Source of the DNA: Octopus vulgaris
Taxonomy: Eukaryota
Assembly (NCBI GenBank): GCA_951406725.2
Contig: OX597815.1
Location: forward strand, 18,910,001 to 18,974,000
DNA length: 64,000 bases
Direction of reading: 5' to 3'
Part shown: one piece after another, positions 56,361 to 64,000 of the stretch
Position numbering within the stretch: the first letter of the stretch is position 1
Layout: every line of letters begins with the position of its first letter
Notes under the pieces: model-generated
Told to the model about the DNA's origin: nothing
The model's database searches: none
The model's input: the letters and a program-made list of their open reading frames with translations, nothing else
Made by a program: the position numbers and the translations under genes

Positions 56361-57389
56361 CAATGTATATGCGTATGTTTTCATCCAGGTACATTCTAGA
56401 TGCACAATGTTTCAAAGAAACGACCAGCTGATCATGACTGGAATTCATTTGATCATGATCATAGGCTTGCTTGATCAAAATCATCCCGAGGTAAACACCA
56501 ACAACATTAGCAGCCACAATATTTAGACGAATTTAGAAGAATGGGCCTCTGAAAAATCTTCTGTGCCCTTTCTGAACTTACTAAAAGTATTCAGCGCGCC
56601 CTGATATCAGACACTGCTATTTGGTACAAATTGAAAGAACATAGGATAACTCATTACCTTCACTATTTCTGAAATAAAAAGAGAAATGATAGATGTCTGA
56701 ACTTGGAATACATTTGATGATTGGTTAGTCTGCTCGATCAGACATGATCTCACGAACAAAATATCAATAGTAGCCACCAACAAAACAGCACCAACATATT
56801 TTGCAAGTGATGAAAAACATACTAATGCAAAGATTTTATATGGGAATATATCTAGGTAAATTAGAGTACATAAAAGAAATTGCGGAGGGGAAACTTAAAT
56901 GGTAGACACAGTAAGGGATAAGGACTGTTATATTACAATAATGTTGTTACCAAATAAAGTTAAACGATGTTTTTGTTTGTATAAAATGCTGATATACTTG
57001 GGACACGGCTTATAAGAAAGGAGCGCAGGGAATACATCTTCATTCGTTACATTGGAACATCGTTCAATCTCAGTAAATCTTTGCGTATATGCAAGACGAC
57101 GATCACATTTTTAAAAGGGCTGATTAAGAAGATTTCTGCACACTGGTAAAATTCAGAAGCAATGGTTTAGAGGAGAAATTATTTTAAGCCTGTAATATCC
57201 AATCCCTGTCTGTGCCATATCTGGTTCTTGATACTTCATTGATTTCTTTAGACATGTTACTATCTAACGACACACTCAAAGATGACAATGTTACTATTAA
57301 TAATGTTTACGGATAATAGATATAGGTGTGCTATAAGTAGCAATATTTTATAGTAGCAGCTAATCAGTGAAGTATGTTCATTTAGTTCA

Positions 57390-57790
57390 GTGGCTGTATG
57401 TGAGTATGTGTGTACGTGTGTGTATATATATATATATATATATAGATAGATACGTATGTATGTGTGCGTGTATGTATATATATATATGTATGTGTGTGTG
57501 TATGTGTGTGTTTATGTATATGTATGTGTATGTGTGCGTGTGTAAATATGCATCATACGACTACCTCTACATTAATGTATGCAAATATATACTTGTGCGT
57601 AGGCGGGTACTGACCAGTCTATCTACCTACCGATCTATCAATACCTGTATTTGAGTGCGCGGAGAGGGATATATATATTATATTATATCATATATATATA
57701 TAGGTAAATATGCGTATATATGTATATCTGTATATACACAAATATACACATATGATATACAAATATGCATATATATATAAATAAATATGC

Positions 57791-57822
<32 letters not shown>

Positions 57823-57849
57823 TATAGTTGTATATATACAAATAAGGAC

Positions 57850-57904
<55 letters not shown>

Positions 57905-57953
57905 AGAGAGAGAGAGAGAGAGAGATAATAGATAGATAGACATACAGACAGAC

Positions 57954-57987
<34 letters not shown>

Positions 57988-57990
57988 TAT

Positions 57991-58037
<47 letters not shown>

Positions 58038-58038
58038 G

Positions 58039-58071
<33 letters not shown>

Positions 58072-58098
58072 GTGTGTGTGTGTGTCTCTGTATGTGTT

Positions 58099-58147
<49 letters not shown>

Positions 58148-58150
58148 GGT
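57390..58150. repeat. (TA)n/(TG)n/(GATA)n field
   Basis: Directly visible. Confidence 0.95.
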
Positions 58151-60599
58151 GTTTAATAACCAGAAGTTACTAAAACAACAAAGATACCTACATTCACCAG
58201 AGAGTAACAAATACCCTCATATATATATCCTCGGGACAATTATTGAACGGCTGCAACAGACAACTCAACGAATCGATCATGGATCACTGAATGGTCTTAC
58301 CAGGTGTTTGGTAACTGAGCAACAGTGTTGAATATTTGGTGTAGTGCAGTGTCTTCGAGACATTGTCTGCTGCGCTAAAGATTCGTGATATATTCCAGTA
58401 GCATACGTGATGCCACGTTATAATGGACACATGATATAGCATTGATTAACTACAATGTATTTTCAAACTCACATTCATCTGAACCAACCCACATATATTA
58501 ATATCTATAAAATTTACATATATAAATTACTTTCATTTTCCCCTTCGAAATATGTTAACCTTCCTCGTGCCTTTCTTAATCTCGTGTCCTGTTTCCATCA
58601 ATCGAAATATGCGGCCTTACTCGAATTATTTGTAAGAATGACAGAGGATTGGTTTGAAATACCCAAATGAAATCTTTCTCTTTACCACCATTGCATTTTA
58701 TCTTCCTCTGCATGATTCGATACACCAGGGAAATATAGTATTTACAGATAAACTGTTCGCGTTGAAATATGTGTAGGTTTATATTATATCCTAAAACGTA
58801 TAAATAACTTATTTATTCTATTTATATCGAATGATATTATTGAAAGGTAACTGGTTTTGTAGTGTTTTGTAGTTAGTGTTTTGTTGTTCATAAAAGCTGA
58901 ATAGTCCATAACATTCGTGCATTTAGCAACACTGAAGTCTTCTCAGTCAAATTAAATCGAAGGTATGATATCATTTGAGAAAAAAGAAATGAATCAAAAG
59001 TATTACTACGTGTAGTGTCCTAACTGAAAGAATGTCTTAACCCTCACCTTCACCAATCCAACATCACAGAAACCTCCCTCTTGCTGCTACCTCTGTGACT
59101 CTAATCGTTGTAAGCGACACTACAATCGGTAACTACTTCTGCTTGGTATTTCTATAGATACTAATATTACAACTAGCTACGCTACTATTGTAAATACAAT
59201 AAACAGGTGCCAAGATCCAGTAGCTTTATAGTTGGTGTCTCAAGATGACAAGCAATGACATTCTGTACTGGACTTTATCTTATTACGACAGAAAGCAACT
59301 CCATTTACTTCTTCCTTGCATCTCACTGAAAGGATCAGGAGATAATGAGAAAATTCTCTGATCAAATACTTTCGTCAAGAAATTACACAACGTCTATTCT
59401 TGAGCTGCACATTTGATAAAATGTTACTACAACTACTACTGCAGAATGTATGCCAGTGATAGAGAAGTCGACGACGACAGCGGCGGCTCTAACATTCTGA
59501 TATTACTGCCTTGGCCAGGAAGCACCAGTTCCATTAATTCAATCGTTATTATTATCATCTTCATCTCTATTATCAGCAACACACCCACATCTCATCAAAC
59601 ATCGCAACACCCACTACCACTAACATCAGCATAAAAAAAAAAACACAATATTCTCTATAATAATAGTAATAGTAAAAACTAATAATTATTATAACAGCAG
59701 TAAAATTAATAGTAATAGTAATAATAATAATAATTAGCAGTAGTTGTAATCATGACCTCTACTATATACGCACGTCAACCTTACAACCAATAGTGTCACC
59801 AGCTACTTTGTCGTCATCATCATCGTCATTGTCGTCATCATTACCAGCATCATCACCATTATCATTATCATAACTGTCGTCATCATAACCATTAATATAA
59901 TCTTAGCATTTCGACCAGTGACCTGGCTAATGTCGATAGTAAATTCGAACACCCCCCTACATCATAAGATATACACTCATTGTAACCTTGGTTATAATTG
60001 AAACAGAAGCAGTAGTTTTAGTCAACCTTTGAAGAGCGTCTTCTGTTTTTACCTTTCCTCTACTGATATCTGTTGCGCCATTACGACTACATTTGGTGAC
60101 ACAGTACCTCTAGGAGATCCACCACTACAACCACTTCAACCATCACAGCCACTGCTACCACAACAATCAATATCCTTTTACAGTTCCATACCGTAATCCA
60201 CTCAGAGAATAAATAACACTGTGATTTTACTTCGATTCTATCATGGAAATACTATTAAACATCAAAAAATATATACGTATATATTTATATTTATAATACA
60301 GAATAAGATATACCACGTATACCTATCAGCGTATATACACCTAAACATTTTGCTTATAACACAGCAGCACCGATTTCACAGTGTGCATATACCATCATCG
60401 TCTTTTTATCAACTGTTTTTCTCCTCATCCTTCCCTTTTCCATGTTTGCTTCCACCTCTTGAATTCTCACCACCACCATCGACACCACAACTACCTTGCC
60501 GCCGCCCCCGTCATCGTTCCATTTTACTTAAGAACTCCTACCGACGCTGCCACCAATGCAAAGCTGTTACTACTGCTTGCTGTACGATAGCTGTTCGAA

Positions 60600-60810
60600 T
60601 AATCACCAAGTCGGCCTCACCGTTTTCGCTCTTTTGAATGGGTTTCGACTCCCACCGTTTTCTCTCCTCGGATAAACCAGTAACCGTAACGGCATCACCT
60701 CTCAATGTTGTTGTAGTCGTAACCCGTCGTCTAACGTCGAAGTGGCCGGCGGCGGCGGGAGGGGTCGGAAGAAAACAACAAGCCACGGTCCACGGGACTC
60801 GGACGAAAAA
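60600..60810 (+). promoter_or_regulatory. CpG/GC-rich patch, candidate promoter or transcription-start region
   Basis: ggccggcggcggcgggaggggtcgg and many CpGs in an AT-rich window, coinciding with the start of the ATG-free tract. Confidence 0.35.
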
Positions 60811-61238
60811 CAACGAAACCATCACCAGTACTGCCACTACAATTACCTCCACCGACATCACCATATTGCTAGTACAATCATCAGTCAACAACAGCAACAA
60901 CAACAACAACAACAACAACTACTACTGCTGCTTCTACTGCAAAGCCGCTGCCGCCTCTGTGGCTAGTGCTCATTGTAATAACACTAGTATAACTGCTACT
61001 TATTGTAAGCCAACTACAATTTTTATCACTTCTTTTGTGTGTATTCTCATTATTGTTGTTATTATATACATCGACATCAAATATAGTAAACATACATTCC
61101 CTAATTTTCATTTGACGAAATCTACCGACGCAATCGTCCCTTTCATAAACAGTAAACATTTCTCCGTGTCGTTCTTCTTGTCATCATTTTCTAACATATT
61201 GTTGTTATTGGCAACTAACACAAAAATACCAAAAACTC

Positions 61239-61270
<32 letters not shown>

Positions 61271-61309
61271 GCAGCTGCTGTGATCTCAACAACAAGAAAC
61301 ACTGCAACG

Positions 61310-61340
<31 letters not shown>

Positions 61341-61615
61341 GGAGAAGGAGAAAAAGGGAAGAAAAAGGAAAAGCTTTAACTGCAGTAATAATCGTAGTGG
61401 CAGTGGAAGCTGAAGTAGCTGCAGTCTTAGTAAATTCAGAATCCACTTTAGTAACGTCACCAATATCGTCAATAGACATCGAAGAATTTGTCACCGCACA
61501 GACCAGTGCAGCAAGAGGAACCAGTGTACCCGCTGCTCGCTACGTAGGCGACTGGTGTCGTCGTTGCCAGCACAACGACCACAACTGCTATTACTACTAC
61601 TACTACTACTACTAT

Positions 61616-61660
<45 letters not shown>

Positions 61661-62984
61661 AACTACTACGAGTGTTACCAATACTGCCACTGCTTCTATC
61701 ACAGCTGCTGCAGCAGCAACTACAACAACTACAGTAGCTTAGACAGTTGCTGCTGCCGCTGCTGCTGCTGCTGCTGCCGCTGCTACCGCTGCTGCTGTTG
61801 CAGCCACTGCAACTATCATTGCTACAAGTGCTATTGCTGCTGTCATTGCTGCTGCTACAACGACAAAAAATCAAAACGAAACCCCAACAAGCAACGCCGC
61901 CTCCTCCTCCTCCTCCCCCGCCCATTATCACCTCCACACTCACCCCCTCCTCCGCACCCTCTCCAACCACCCCCATTCCGCCTCCACAGACCGCCCCGGC
62001 AGCACCCCCCAAGTCTCCGCTCCACCAACTGGCACCACAACAACATAAACAACACCAATTATCCGATAACCGATCCCAACAGAAACGTCAACAACGCCGC
62101 CAGGCTCCGCCACCGCCCACCTCACAACGGCAAATTAGCAATCAGACCTCACCGAAGTATCAACAACAACAACAAAACCAAGACCATAAACAACAACAAA
62201 AACAAAAACCACAACCTCTGCAAGATTTGCATAACAATAAAAACAGCAAAATTATCGAAACTCAAAATCATCACACCCGACCCCACCCCAATCCCCATCA
62301 CAACAGCCAGACCAATCACATCCCCACCACCACCACCACCGAGCCACAACATATCAACCATCAAAATCACAACCACCATAACATCCAGCAATCGGCATCC
62401 CAAGTACAAAGACACCACACGCCAGCTAGTACCACTGACACCATTATTTCAGACACACCCACACGTAGTAGCGGCCTGGAAAGCTTTCAGCTCCTACAAC
62501 CTTCCCCTACGGGCCAACAGCACCTCCTCACTTCCCCCACAACACCCATTACTGGGTCACCACATTTACTCTATCACCATCAACCTTCACCTTTACCATC
62601 TGCCACTTCGTCAGCTGGAGACTTCCCACCCAACGGCACCGCCACCGGGGTCGCCAGTACCTCCCCGCCCAATCATAACAACAACAAGAATAGCAAAAAT
62701 AAAAACAATAACAATAACAATAACAACAACAACAATAACAATAACAAAAAATTATCGGGATCAACTACCTCTGTTACTGCTACAACACCAACCGTAACAA
62801 TAACAACAACAAACCAAAAACACCCCCAACCTATCTATCACCACCCTCAACGCCCTCCTCAACCCAACCATTCCCACTTAAATTTACAACAAACAAATAA
62901 AGTAGGTCCCCCTGTTCAAAGTTTAACTTCCGGATCCATCAAGGACGCGAGAACTCAAAAGACATCTACGACAACAGGACACAT
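60708..62984 (+). other. Putative long 5' leader (ATG-free, rich in trinucleotide repeats)
   Basis: No ATG in any + frame from 60708 to 62984 on a line-by-line read, while CAT is frequent. Confidence 0.6.
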
Positions 62985-63003
62985 ATGTAGCGGTAGTTAT
63001 GAT

Positions 63004-63179
63004 ATGTGTTCAATGGGAAAGAGTAGGTCTCTGAACCGAAAACTACCCTCAAAACCATCTTTGGACGACGATATTACGGTTCTGGAAGAAATCCCGGTGG
63101 TAGCCCTACCGCGTAAGGACGAATCATCCAAGAGAGTCACCATTTCAACCCCAAAGGCGTTTGACACATCAAATAAAAG
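63004..63179 (+). CDS. Probable first AUG-initiated coding segment of an unidentified host gene; may extend upstream in frame to ~61747
   Basis: MCSMGKSRSLNRKLPSKPSLDDDITVLEEIPVVALPRKDESSKRVTISTPKAFDTSNK(R) is non-repetitive and ends at donor AAG|GTGGGC (63179/63180, phase 2), followed by intron-like (TA)n. The frame is open from 61738. Protein not recognised. Confidence 0.55.
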
Positions 63180-64000
63180 GTGGGCTTTAACATTGATGTA
63201 TCAGCATTCAGTATGCACAAACATATATATTTGTGCACATAGTATGCCTGTATATATATATGTGTATATATATGTATATATGTATATATATATGTGTGTA
63301 TATATGTATATATATATATATGTGTTTTCATATATATATACACACATATATATATATATATACATACATAACATATTATATATTATATACATTTATGTCA
63401 GTAGATAGAAATAGATGTTATATTCGTGTATGTGTGAGTATTATGAATGAGTAAACGTTAAAATGCATATGTTCCAACTTAGTTTAATGCACAACGAAGC
63501 ATATCTCATAAATGTTTGTGTAAAAGTAAGTTTTATCAGTGTATATAATGATGAAATACATTGGTCATTATCCTCATGTCATTATTTATATCCACACGTT
63601 AATATGTCACTCAAATACTATATAATTCATCCCGGTTGACAGTTCCTGAAGTAAGGCTTCCGGTTGGACAAAATACAAAACAAGATTTTCTTAAGTATTT
63701 CAATGTGTCCCTATCCCATCTATATTTTCATCAAAAATTCATTTTACAATAATGATATTTTAGTAACTGGCGTGAGTTATGAATGCAGAATTGTGTATAG
63801 AAATGCAAATGTGCAAACATATATATATGTCCTTATTCATGTGTGTTTGAGAGAAAGCACGTAGGCATTCGTGGTTACACATAGAACGAATTTCCCGCCA
63901 GACAACATTAGTTGAGTGTTGACACCAACAATAAAATCGTCTACTCCATGGTAGCAGGCTTGTTATCTGAAATGCAGATATCAATCAAATTTAGCGAAAA

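Noticed and set aside
63180-63408. C-terminal part of the 553-aa ORF
   Set aside because: It lies after a plausible splice donor and runs into (TA)n; interpreted as intron.

Overview
AT-rich, microsatellite-saturated eukaryotic DNA. The SINE families and repeat landscape suggest an octopus or other cephalopod genome (inference, no search run). Nearly all of the window is non-coding. It holds three decayed mariner transposons, many tRNA-derived SINEs of at least three families (called A, B and C here), 3' fragments of CR1-like and RTE-like LINEs, a decayed LINE ORF1 with a zinc knuckle, Penelope-like (PLE) remnants with hammerhead-ribozyme motifs, and extensive di/tri/tetranucleotide repeats. 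Almost every ORF in the supplied track is a microsatellite or TE artefact. The only host-gene candidate is at the right end: a + strand probable first exon ending at a splice donor after 63179. It is preceded by 2277 nt containing no ATG in any frame, and its reading frame stays open ~420 codons upstream of the first in-frame ATG, starting at a CTG cluster. Other signals worth checking are an inverted pair of hammerhead motifs (8797-9453), three unique-sequence foldbacks centred on (AT)n/(CA)n arrays, and a SINE body joined to four different 3' modules. All alignments and translations were done by eye.
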